Shown: in pieces, positions 33,031 to 42,359 of the stretch
Position numbering within the stretch: the first letter of the stretch is position 1
How the letters are laid out: each line of letters begins with the position of its first letter
Origin: an uncultured Nitrospiraceae bacterium
Lineage (GTDB): Bacteria > Nitrospirota > Nitrospiria > Nitrospirales > Nitrospiraceae
DNA length: 64,000 nucleotides
NCBI GenBank assembly: GCA_963706325.1
Contig: CAVPLT010000002.1
Location: forward strand, 64,001-128,000
Direction: 5' to 3'
Position numbers and translations under genes: made by a program
Notes under the pieces: model-generated
Databases searched by the model: none
Told to the model about the DNA's origin: nothing
What the model saw: the letters and a program-made list of their open reading frames with translations, nothing else

Positions 33031-33762
33031 ATATCAGATGTTCTTCCGCCTCAACTTGCAGGACGATGCCACACTTGGAGCATAAAAGTTTCAAGTCCTC
33101 TTCTGTGACGGGCGGGACATTGCTCCTATAAGCATTCCCGGGCGCTGAGGGCTCATCCATGAGGCCGTACATTGTCGCCAACTGATGGGCCAGGCGGTGC
33201 TGATGGCTTTGTGGCGAAGCCAGACGTGGTCATTCATTGCTGGGATCGCGGATGCCAGCTTCCTGAGCTAGAACAAACTCGTCGAACTCATGAAAATGGC
33301 TGATGCAGCGTGGAGAGGATGTTGGATGGCGCCGGCTCCTGGTCCGCCAATGATCAAGGGAGTTACCAAGCCCTTCAACTAAAGGCCCTGGCTTATAAAG
33401 CTTGGTTCGCTAGGCTCTCTCACGGATGGATGCCGATTCCTCAGTCATGGGAAGCACGGAAAGTCTTCAACCACAGTTAACGAAAACCTGAGAACGGGTA
33501 GGCCGTAGTCTGCACTCCCACATCTCTGCTGCACCTTCACCGCTTGAGTGACGCAGTAGGGCGTGGATTATGCTGTGATACGGGCGAGCCCTTCTGGGCT
33601 GGGATGTACTACATTACAATTGGGCGAGTAGCCGGACGCGGCGACGAAGTTGGAGCTCCCTTCCCTCGGCTCTTCGGAAGACCGAAAGAGTAGCGTATGT
33701 GGCGCGTACTGCCACTCAGGCGCCGCCATCGTACGTAGAAAACTCTCTAAGTACGCGAAATG

Positions 33763-33838
33763 TGGTGCCGAGGGACAGAATCGAACTGTCGACACCAGCC
33801 TTTTCAGGGCTGTGCTCTACCAACTGAGCTACCTCGGC
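33763..33838 (-). tRNA. tRNA-Phe(GAA)
   Basis: GCCGAGGTAGCTCAGTTGGTAGAGC; anticodon arm CAGCC-CTGAAAA-GGCTG; GTTCGATTC; CCA end. Confidence 0.97.
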
Positions 33839-33911
33839 GTATGGGCAGGACTCGCGAGAGGGGTTTCTGTCTACAGGATCACAGAGGAAAAATCAACTCT
33901 TCAAGCTAGTG

Positions 33912-34002
33912 TGGCGGAGAGGGCGGGATTTGAACCCGCGACAGGCTTTTGACCTGTGCCGGTTTAGCAAACCGGTGCCTTCGGCCACTCGGCCACCTCT
34001 CC
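33912..34002 (-). tRNA. tRNA-Ser(GCT)
   Basis: GGAGAGGTGGCCGAGTGG; CCGGT-TTGCTAA-ACCGG; long variable arm; GCCA end. Confidence 0.96.
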
Positions 34003-34529
34003 ACAACCTTTCATTCGCAGACCGCGTGCTAGGTGTGGCGCAATATGTCAGGAGGGAATCTCCCTACTGCTTCAAGCAGAGGGGGATCATACCTCAGAGC
34101 ATAGCGTGCACTCAAGTGATTCTGGTCAATGATTCTCCCCGATTGGACGAATGGAGAGTCTTGGCGAGCGTGGTGAATGAGGGCAGATGACTGCAAACTA
34201 CCTTTTCCCGAATTCTTTAAGAATATCAAGAAAGGTGTCATGCCAATTGGCAAGGACTGCCATGCGATGCGCACGGTCTGTGGAGTGGATCACCCGCCCG
34301 CGCACTGAATTGTGTGAGGATAGAAGGCGCGGCGAGCCTACCTGGGGTTGTAAGGCGGCCATGCAGGGTGGATCGGTGGCCGCCGATCGAAGGACGCCGC
34401 TTGTCAGTAGCATACGCAGAGCGTACGATTTTTGACGAGTTCGTGCGCTGAGAGCCTTACTAGAACTTGCCATAGATCCTCGCGGCGTTGTGTGTCGGAT
34501 GAGATGTGCGCTTGAAGCATGTGGGGCGA

Positions 34530-34730
34530 CTACATCCAGAGAATGCGACCGAGCTCCTCGTCGAGTTCTTTGGCACGCTGACACTGGCTGCACCGAGCGA
34601 GGAGACCTTCGGTGCCGGGAGAAGTATGAGAACGAAGCAGCAACTGGTATTTGTGTCCTCCGCAGAAGGGGCAGGCTTTGCCATGAAGTTCTCGGCGCAC
34701 CGATCCAATTCGACCGATTTGTTTGTGCAT
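34530..34730 (-). CDS. Small zinc-ribbon-like protein
   Basis: CPFCGG...RCSQC; GGAG RBS. Confidence 0.6.
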   Translation of the reverse strand: MHKQIGRIGSVRRELHGKACPFCGGHKYQLLLRSHTSPGTEGLLARCSQCQRAKELDEELGRILWM

Positions 34731-35478
34731 GGCTTCTCCGCTGAAAGGGTGGGTTGTTTGGGAATCCACTCGCGGGTAGGTTCACCGTGTGTAGTGGTTC
34801 CCATGCCCAACCATACCGAGGCAAAGGGGTAGTGAGAATACCGTGGAGGAGGGGATGGCGCACTAACCAAAGATGGGGGGTGGGAATAGATTCAAATTCG
34901 AGAGACGAGTAGCAATAAGCAATGTTATAAACTTCAATATGTTAGTGCATATAATTCGCGCAAAAGATTAATTATTGCTATCGCAACTCCACCCGATGTC
35001 TGAGATACGTAGAGATAAGGTCTTGGGTGAAGGCAGATCCCGCCAGGAGGATGCCGGGACCTCTTGCTGCCTTGGGTGGGCACAACCAAAGCAGGCACCT
35101 TCACCCTTTCTCAGTCAACCATGCCACCAGGCGATCTCGCAAGTGCGTAGTTGTTCGGAGTCCACGTCCCCTCTGCCGAGAAGGACAGGGAGTGGAGGCG
35201 GTTCGAAATGGTCCATTGCTCCCGAAAAATCGATCTCCACTGCGGGCATCGGAGCACAGGGAGATTCCATCACATGGAAGCTGATAGCGACGCCATTCCA
35301 ATGACGACCATGCGATCCAGGCGCGAATAGACTCTGTGGGCAATTGATGGCGTATGATTCGGTTCTTCCGCTGGGGCCAGAATGTTCCTGAGGCACTTTT
35401 CAATCGTTTCCTCTGTGTCCTTCAGCCGCCCGTCATGCGTATTCGTTTCCTAGGTTCGCCCTGCCTGTGGTGCAGCCC

Positions 35479-36558
35479 CTACTTCGGTAATTTCGGGACG
35501 GTGATCTTCAGCGGTGCACCTGTGAGGGACTTTAAGAACTCTACCAAGTCGACCTTTTCTTCCGGTTGCAATCCTAACGGCTTGGTGAATTCACTGAGGT
35601 GAGGGTTTTTGCCGCCACCCTGATCAAAAAAATCGATGACTTCCTCCAGGGTTTTAAACGCGCCGTCGTGCATGTACGGAGCCGTCTCCTCAATGCTACG
35701 CAACGTGGGCGTCTTGAAGGCACCCTTGTCGCGCTCCGCTCGTGTCACCATATACCGCCCAAGGTCTTCCTTCAGCGGGCCGACCTGTGGCACTCCCAGA
35801 TTATGAAACTGATTATCGGTCAAGTTCGGACCACTATGGCAGAGAATGCAGCGCGCCTTGCCTTTGAACAGAGCCATGCCACGCACGGCCGAATCAGTCA
35901 TGGCATCGGCCGCGCCCATCACGTACCTGTCAAACGCGCTATTCTGAGACACGATCGTGCGTTCAAAGGCGGCGATCGCTTCCGCGATATGCTGCAAGCT
36001 GGCCCCGCCTCCAAACACGAGATGAAATTGCCGGCGATAGGCCGCAATTTTTGCGATTTTTGGCACGACCGTATTATGCTGCTCCGCCATCTCCACGGGA
36101 TTATGAATCGGGCCGATCGCCTGCTCTTCAAGTGAACCGGCGCGGCCATCCCAAAATTGGAGCGGTATGAACCCAGTGTTATAGACGGTTGGTGCTTGTC
36201 TACCGCCTGCCGTGCCGAACGCGCCGATCGAAACCTGGCGGGCATCGGCAAACCCCGTGCCCGGGTTGTGGCAAAACGCACAGGAGACGGTATTGTTCTT
36301 GGAGAGCCGCGTGTCGAAATAGAGCTGCTTTCCTAGCTCCACCTTTTCTGAGTAGCTCAAGTTTGTCGGTGGGGTCGGCACCTGCGTCGGCATCGGTCCA
36401 ATGTCCGGCACTGTGATGCCGTCGAGTGTGACGGTGCCGTGTGGGGCATAGTCGGACGGAGAGGCCGACGTCAGTGAACTATCAATGAGCAGGCAAACGG
36501 CCAGCAGTAGCATCGACCTACGAAAAATCGAAGGGACTAAGAGTCGCTTAATGAGCAT
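35479..36558 (-). CDS. Di-heme cytochrome c peroxidase (bCCP/MauG family)
   Basis: CAFCH and CILCH heme motifs, QFWDGRA, FKTPTLR, APYMHDG; signal peptide. Confidence 0.92.
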   Translation of the reverse strand: MLIKRLLVPSIFRRSMLLLAVCLLIDSSLTSASPSDYAPHGTVTLDGITVPDIGPMPTQVPTPPTNLSYSEKVELGKQLYFDTRLSKNNTVSCAFCHNPGTGFADARQVSIGAFGTAGGRQAPTVYNTGFIPLQFWDGRAGSLEEQAIGPIHNPVEMAEQHNTVVPKIAKIAAYRRQFHLVFGGGASLQHIAEAIAAFERTIVSQNSAFDRYVMGAADAMTDSAVRGMALFKGKARCILCHSGPNLTDNQFHNLGVPQVGPLKEDLGRYMVTRAERDKGAFKTPTLRSIEETAPYMHDGAFKTLEEVIDFFDQGGGKNPHLSEFTKPLGLQPEEKVDLVEFLKSLTGAPLKITVPKLPK

Positions 36559-36899
36559 GACATCTCCTTTGGTAGACTATGGGGCACCTGCCGCTCAACC
36601 GAGCAATTTGGGCGGCGCCAGGGGCGGACGAGAGCATCGACGACATCCACAACTTCACTCTATAAAGCCTGCTCGATGCTGCGAGGCATCTTTAAAAGTG
36701 GGCATTCCCTAGCATCAAACTGACCGGATTGTCTAATGATTTCACGGGCGCACAACGAGCGGAAAAACCGGTGTGCCTGATTGTTGACAGGGCGGTGCCT
36801 TAGTCATGCAAGCTCGTAATGCAATCCTGCCATTGGATTGTCCAGGGGCTTTCTGCGACGCGGGTTCCAGCTCTTTGACATTCCACTGCAGGCGCAGAC

Positions 36900-37248
36900 C
36901 CGTGCCAACGCACACCACTCGCTTGTCATTTGAAAGTATAGGCAGCCCGCGAAGGAAAGTGCATCTCCGGCATAACCTTCGATGCGGAGCCCGCATCGTC
37001 GTCCTCATAGCAGAACACGAGACAGGCCAACATTGCGTCGCAGACGCAAGTCTCGCCGAGGTCCTGCCGGAGTGCCATAACGCGTCGAACTAGGTCACGC
37101 CCCGTCACCATCCCGACGAGTGCATAGCCGAAGTTCACCCTCCTGGCTGGAAGATTATGTGGCTTGTCCCTTCGAGCGGGCACTGCGATAGAAGCATGAA
37201 GGGTGGCACTTCAGCCGTCGGCCTCATCATTTCCTTGAGTCATGGCAT
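36900..37248 (-). pseudogene. CBS-domain protein remnant (bounds approximate)
   Basis: LVGMVTGRDLVRRVMA...VFCYEDDD, then LPILSNDKRVV in another frame. Confidence 0.5.
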
Positions 37249-37578
37249 TGTCCTCCGAAGGTCCGTAAAGGGCTTGAGGAGCTTGTTGAAGAGAGGTCGC
37301 TCTCTCATCGTGTGTGATGCTGACAATACGCGCCATACTACGGAGATGTCCTCGGTACCCGCACCAGGCGAAGCTCCACTAGGAGAACTCGGGAGTTGCC
37401 AGCGGGCTATTTCACACCATGCCCTGTGCTCTGCAAGTCGAATGGTAGTCCTTTGCCAGGCAGCCATAGTGTTAAGCGAAGGATCCGGGGAGGAGAACAA
37501 CGTCTCTCAGGAACTCAATAGACGTCGATCAGTCGCACGTGGATAGAGTGGAAGCACGAACACGCGCCCTGCGCGGTA

Positions 37579-37824
37579 TCATTTTCCTATGTCCCGATCG
37601 ATGTGAAACGCAATCTTCTTAGCCCCCTGTCGTAAGCCCTCTGCCCACAGCCCTTGCATCTCCCCCGTGCCATGTTGCTCTGCCACGGACTTGCAATCAT
37701 GCACCACATTACGCAATGCCGTTTCCAGCAAAGCATATTGGTCCCCCTCTTCTTGCCTGGCAAAATTTGGCTCGTGATGGAATAAGTCGGTATAGAGCCT
37801 GGTGGCTCGTTGGTAGATCATCAT
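37579..37824 (-). CDS. Hypothetical protein
   Basis: ORF from MMIYQRATRLY; no recognised motif. Confidence 0.4.
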   Translation of the reverse strand: MMIYQRATRLYTDLFHHEPNFARQEEGDQYALLETALRNVVHDCKSVAEQHGTGEMQGLWAEGLRQGAKKIAFHIDRDIGK

Positions 37825-38382
37825 ACGACTATTGCCCTTTTTACTTCCGTGTGGAGGCTTAGCCCGCGTTCGATAGTGGCTGAGTAGTACAACTTCAAAA
37901 TCCATGTAATGAGCAGTCTCATGTCGGCTCCGCTGGCTGATGAAGCATTTCCCCTGTCTCTTAAAAGATAATCGTAGGAGGTTAGACACCCATTAAGGAA
38001 AGCTTAGAAGCTGCTCATGCGACCTAGGGAGCGCAGTGAATCGATGGTGCGTAACGGCACGGTTAGCAGATCGAAGGCCGGTGCGGATATGCTTGCCGCT
38101 AGATGACTCCAGGCGAGCCTGGTTACAGATATGGTTACAATTTCAGCTGAGTGTCACCGTTAAAAAAGGCGGAGGGGTACGGAGAGATTTTTGTCACGGG
38201 GAAAGGGGTTGGCCTTTGTGCATGGCAAGTCTACAGTTCCCGCTCAGATATCGCGATAAAAAGCTTCGATGATATCTCTGTGCCTTTGAGAGCCACGATC
38301 TCAACTAGGTACATCGCTAGCCGTACCTTATGTGAGAATGCGGTACAACCTCCCTAATAACTGCTTAGCAATGGAGGGGGAT

Positions 38383-38558
38383 ATGCCAGTTCGACAATTA
38401 ATGCCACTGCAAAGACCTGTGCGCATTTAGGTTGTTCGTGTGAGGTGGAAGGTGATTATCCATTCTGTAGCCCCGAATGCGCTTCCACAGCGAAGGTGAC
38501 CACTGAGGCTGTGACGTGTCCATGTCGTCACCCAGCATGTAAAACCGTCCAAGTGTAA
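38383..38558 (+). CDS. Metallothionein-like Cys/His-rich microprotein (needs +1 base after the start codon)
   Basis: KTCAHLGCSCEVEGDYPFCSPECA...CPCRHPAC; GGAGG RBS before ATG 38383, which is one base out of frame. Confidence 0.6.
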
Positions 38559-38632
38559 TTTACGGGTCCACATTCGTGAAATGGGTTGTTCACTTCAACA
38601 GCTTGGCTTGCATCGGCCTGCTTAATTGGATG

Positions 38633-39037
38633 TTACAGCAGCTTCCAATACTCTCGCATTCGCTCAACAACGGCACGGTCGTGTTCGCTCATTTTCAACT
38701 CATGTGTTTCGTCAGGGGAAAACCACCCCATTGCCTGTCCTTCTCCTAAATGGAGTGGTTGATCGTGATAGCGTTCCACAAACACATATTTCGTGTTCAG
38801 ATGCTCTCCATCTCGCACTGTCTGTGACATGAGAAAGTAGGGGTTTCGTACTTGGTAAGACAATTCCTCTAGAGCTTCTCGCTCCAGTGCTTCCCTTGGG
38901 CTCTCTTCAGCTTCGATACCTCCGCCAAAGAATGCCCAGTGATTTGGCAGAGTAAATGCGTCGTGCGTCCGATGTTGAAGGAGTATCTGCCCTGTGGAGG
39001 TATAGAGAATCAATAGAGACACATCTCGTACAGCCAT
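38633..39037 (-). CDS. NUDIX hydrolase
   Basis: GGGIEAEESPREALEREALEELS Nudix box. Confidence 0.88.
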   Translation of the reverse strand: MAVRDVSLLILYTSTGQILLQHRTHDAFTLPNHWAFFGGGIEAEESPREALEREALEELSYQVRNPYFLMSQTVRDGEHLNTKYVFVERYHDQPLHLGEGQAMGWFSPDETHELKMSEHDRAVVERMREYWKLL

Positions 39038-39711
39038 TCGTAACCATAACCTATAGACCGTGGGTAGGTGAGGGAAATCTCTGTTACAGTCGTCAAGCAC
39101 CTGCCTCAGCTTAACTACCTTGCTGAGAAAGGTTATTCAAGGTATGGTCCTTACGAATCGCAACCCAGGAGGTGCACATGGCATCAAACATCGCGGATCA
39201 AGCCAAGGCGAACGAGCAGGGGAGGCAGATGTACTGTGTTACTTGGCTGACAACCAAGTTCAAACTTTCAACGCAGGAAATGAACAAGCTCATCAGTGCT
39301 GATTCAGGACTGTGCCCTCAATGTGATCAATCAGGTCCATTATTTTGGCGGTGACTTATCTGTGCCTAATCAGGTGGTAAACGTCGATCTTGGGGCCACT
39401 GTGTGCGTTCAACCGCACATTTCAAAGTGGTGAAACATGTTGCCAGTACTGATCCTCTGTTGGATGATCGCGCTTCCCGCGGTGAGCTTGGGGCAGGTGG
39501 ATACTTCGATGGAAATGGGCGGAGCAACGTTCTACAACTTCGGGGGCGTGTCAGGATCAAACCATCGGTGGGTAGGTTGGAGTTCTACAACTTCTGTAAG
39601 GGAACGAACGTCACACGCCAGCAAATGGGCTATACGGACTTCTACACCGCAACACGCCTGCTTTGGAAGGTACCACGCAATCCTTCGGGGAACGACATTT
39701 GAAAAGTTAAA

Positions 39712-41144
39712 TTAGTACATCCAAAACAAGAAACTGGAAAGTGCGGTTACAGTCACGGTTACAACTAGCGTGTTGAGCGAGCAAGCGGCGTCAGGTATGT
39801 ATGCATAACTGTTGAAATTTGGCGGAGGGGGCGAGATTTGAACTCGCGGATAGGTTACCCCATCTCCGGTTTTCAAGACCGGCACGTTCGGCCACTCCGT
39901 CACCCCTCCAGTAGGTTTTTCTTCTAAGTAGTCAGTAGGTCGTGCAGATGCTCTCGTGAGCCGCCTTTCGTCAGGTTGCGGCTGGGTTGCGTTTTGGACC
40001 TTTTCTTCGTGCGTTTTCTCCGTTCTCTCTTGTGGGTCATCGAGCTGATGGACGTGATGTCGATGATCCCCCTGAAAGAGGTGGGAGTATATATCGAGCG
40101 TGATGCTAATGCTACCGTGCCCGAGCTGTTGTTGGATGTATTTGGGATTGGCTCCCTGCTGAATGAGCAGCGATGCAAAGGTGTGCCGTAAGTCATGGAA
40201 GCGGACATGTCGCAATCCGGCCGCCGTCAGGCAGGCCTGAAGGCGTTGCGCACGAGTTCATTACTCATCCGTTGGTGGGTGGGCCCGATGAAGATCCAAG
40301 GCGCTAGCGGGTCCCCCTTCATGGCCGCCTCGAGGGTCCGCGTCTCCTTCAACCGCTGGAGGACCTGGGCCAGTTGCGGGGACATATCCACGCGGCGGAT
40401 CTTGTGGGTCTTGGTTGTGGTGATTTGTCGGCGCACGATCGCCCGTCGCACTTCAATGAACTGGCCGCGAAAATCGAGATCACCCCACTGCAAGCCGAGC
40501 AGTTCTCCCTGGCGCATCCCGGTTCGCACCGCACAGAGGAAAAGGGGATAGAGCAGAGGAGCCGTGTGCTGCGCCTGGTGGAGGACCGTCCGCACATCCT
40601 CGGCTGTTAAGGGGTCAATGTGAGCGTCGGTCGATTCGCGAGACCGCAGCGACCGGCCCATATTCGACACAGGGTTGGCCGTCACGATGCCATCATCAAT
40701 GGCATGCTGGTAGGCTTCTTTCAGCGGCGTCAGGATGTTGTGAATGGTCCGCTTCTTCTTGCCCTGGACGAGCCACTCGGCAATGAGCCGCTTGATATCC
40801 GTGCGAGTCACTTCATGGAGGCGTCGCGTACCGAGTTCAGGAATGATGTGATGCTCGAGCACGATGCGATAGCCTGAGGCCGTAGAGGGTTTGCAATGCG
40901 CCTCCGCATAGACCCTCAGCCAGTCTGTGAGATAGGCCGCAACTGTAGGAATCGCGCCGTCTTTCGTGGCTAAGGTGATCGCTTCTCCACTCTGTTCCGC
41001 CCATTTCAGCTTAGCCGCGAGCTTGGCGGCAAACGCCTTTGCAAGGGCTTTATCCTTCCCGAAGAATTTCGCCTTGCGCTGCCCGTTCCAGTCCGTGAGC
41101 ACATACCACCCTTTGCCTGGTCGTTCCCGTACTTTTACACCCAT
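39712..41144 (-). CDS. int: Tyrosine integrase, one-base frameshift near 40240; C-terminal frame reads through att and the tRNA
   Basis: TGMRQGELLGLQWGD, TKTHK, then RFHDLRHTFAS...QLGHGSISITLDIYSH in the adjacent frame. Confidence 0.9.
39820..39909 (-). tRNA. tRNA-Ser(TGA), reconstituted at the element junction
   Basis: GGAGGGGTGACGGAGTGG; CCGGT-CTTGAAA-ACCGG; long variable arm; GTTCAAATC; GCCA end. Confidence 0.96.
39869..39910. repeat. att core, left copy (5' half of tRNA-Ser TGA)
   Basis: GTTTTCAAGACCGGCACGTTCGGCCACTCCGTCACCCCTCCA, identical to 58477-58518. Confidence 0.95.
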
Positions 41145-41149
41145 GGTGG

Positions 41150-41365
41150 TTAGTCTCCTCTCCGGCTGGGGCGGTTCGGTTGTTCGTCTCTCATAAGATC
41201 ACAGACGGTCACACCCAACGCGGTCGCTAATCGTTTCAGCGTCGATAGTGAGGGGTCAGCTTTGCCTCGTTCGACATGGGAGAGGAAGGTCTGAGACATC
41301 TTGGCCTTGAGTGCCAGGGCGTCTTGCGAGAACCCTTTTTTGAGTCGGATCGCTTTCAGCAGCAT
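41150..41365 (-). CDS. Xre-family HTH regulator
   Basis: LKAIRLKKGFSQDALA...SHVERGKADPSLSTLKRLATALGV. Confidence 0.9.
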   Translation of the reverse strand: MLLKAIRLKKGFSQDALALKAKMSQTFLSHVERGKADPSLSTLKRLATALGVTVCDLMRDEQPNRPSRRGD

Positions 41366-41399
41366 ACTGTAACGAGCATGGTTAGTATGAGGGGGAAAG

Positions 41400-41651
41400 T
41401 CAAACAGAGAGTTCGGCCACGACGGAATCCACGAGTCGGTCCAGTTCGCCCGGTTGAGTGGCCACGCGAAAGCGAGTCATCCAGGCATCGAACTCATTGG
41501 TCTTCTCTAAGACTTTGCCGCCAATGCGATAGAATGGGAGGGCACAGTTCCGATCTGTCAGCCGATCGCGCAGCCATCCGACCGAGCAAGAAGAATAGAC
41601 CGCCAAGGTCTTGAGATCGAGGTAGGCGGGTGGTGGAGTGGATGGGTGCAC
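41400..41651 (-). CDS. Excisionase-like winged-HTH protein
   Basis: YLDLKTLAVY...LPFYRIGGKVL...EFDAWM. Confidence 0.7.
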   Translation of the reverse strand: MHPSTPPPAYLDLKTLAVYSSCSVGWLRDRLTDRNCALPFYRIGGKVLEKTNEFDAWMTRFRVATQPGELDRLVDSVVAELSV

Positions 41652-41663
41652 GTCAGGTCTCAG

Positions 41664-41993
41664 TTAGAAGCCGGTTATATCCTTAGGCGTCTTGCGATGC
41701 TCGATGGCTGCTGGGGCATCAATGACCGTCGCCTGGCTCGCCGGACGCTTTGGGTCGCGTTGAATAATGACGTTGATCGTTGCGTCAGTGGTGTTTTTGA
41801 CCTCGACTGGAATTAATCTGCTCGCGATCTTGTAAAACTCGGTCCGATTTTTCTTGGCCCACTCCGTGAACGCCTCATGTCCGCCAGCTTCGTTGTAGGC
41901 AATCTGGACGGCATCTCGAAACGTGCCCGTTAATCTGTTGGCCACACCCACTTTGCGTCCCCCTGTCTTGGCTCGTCCCCGTTGAAATGGCAT
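41664..41993 (-). CDS. Putative terminase small subunit
   Basis: KTGGRKVGVANRLT N-terminus, GG...WAKKNRTEFYKIASRLIPVEV pattern typical of small phage TerS proteins. Confidence 0.6.
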   Translation of the reverse strand: MPFQRGRAKTGGRKVGVANRLTGTFRDAVQIAYNEAGGHEAFTEWAKKNRTEFYKIASRLIPVEVKNTTDATINVIIQRDPKRPASQATVIDAPAAIEHRKTPKDITGF

Positions 41994-42009
41994 TCTTTTT
42001 CCCTCCGGT

Positions 42010-42267
42010 TCAGAACGTGCGAACCGCTGTGACGTATTTGGTATTCACGGCCGCCCATCCGTCGGGGAGGGTGAGAAACGCCCAGACCGTGCCGTCTTCC
42101 TCGTGGTGGATGGCATCAACCTCCGCTGGACCTCGCAGCTTCCCATCATTCCCTAGCCAGGTGATTTGCCGGACAGGTGCCTTTTGTTCGTGGGGCTGTT
42201 CCACACTCAGGTTCTCTTGTTGCTTCCTGGCGGCTTCGACTTGCCGGATAATGTCGAGATATCTCAT
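42010..42267 (-). CDS. Hypothetical protein
   Basis: GGAGGAAGGA RBS; MRYLDIIRQV. Confidence 0.55.
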   Translation of the reverse strand: MRYLDIIRQVEAARKQQENLSVEQPHEQKAPVRQITWLGNDGKLRGPAEVDAIHHEEDGTVWAFLTLPDGWAAVNTKYVTAVRTF

Positions 42268-42288
42268 GTCCTTCCTCCCGCTTGGCTT

Positions 42289-42359
42289 ACGAATTAAACG
42301 AAAGAAACGAAATAACTGCCTTGTCGGCGGAGTTAATTCGTTAAATTCGTTTCTTTCGT
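42289..42359. repeat. Two inverted triads of 9-bp repeats (putative replication origin)
   Basis: ACGAATTAA-ACGAAAGAA-ACGAAATAA facing TTAATTCGT-TAAATTCGT-TTCTTTCGT. Confidence 0.7.

Noticed and set aside
34843..34980. AT-rich tract with GTGGAGGAGGGG as a further att remnant
   Set aside because: The match to the tRNA 3' end is too short and mismatched to support.
40215..40260. Programmed frameshift controlling the integrase
   Set aside because: No slippery heptamer is evident; a single missing base, like many others in the window, explains it.
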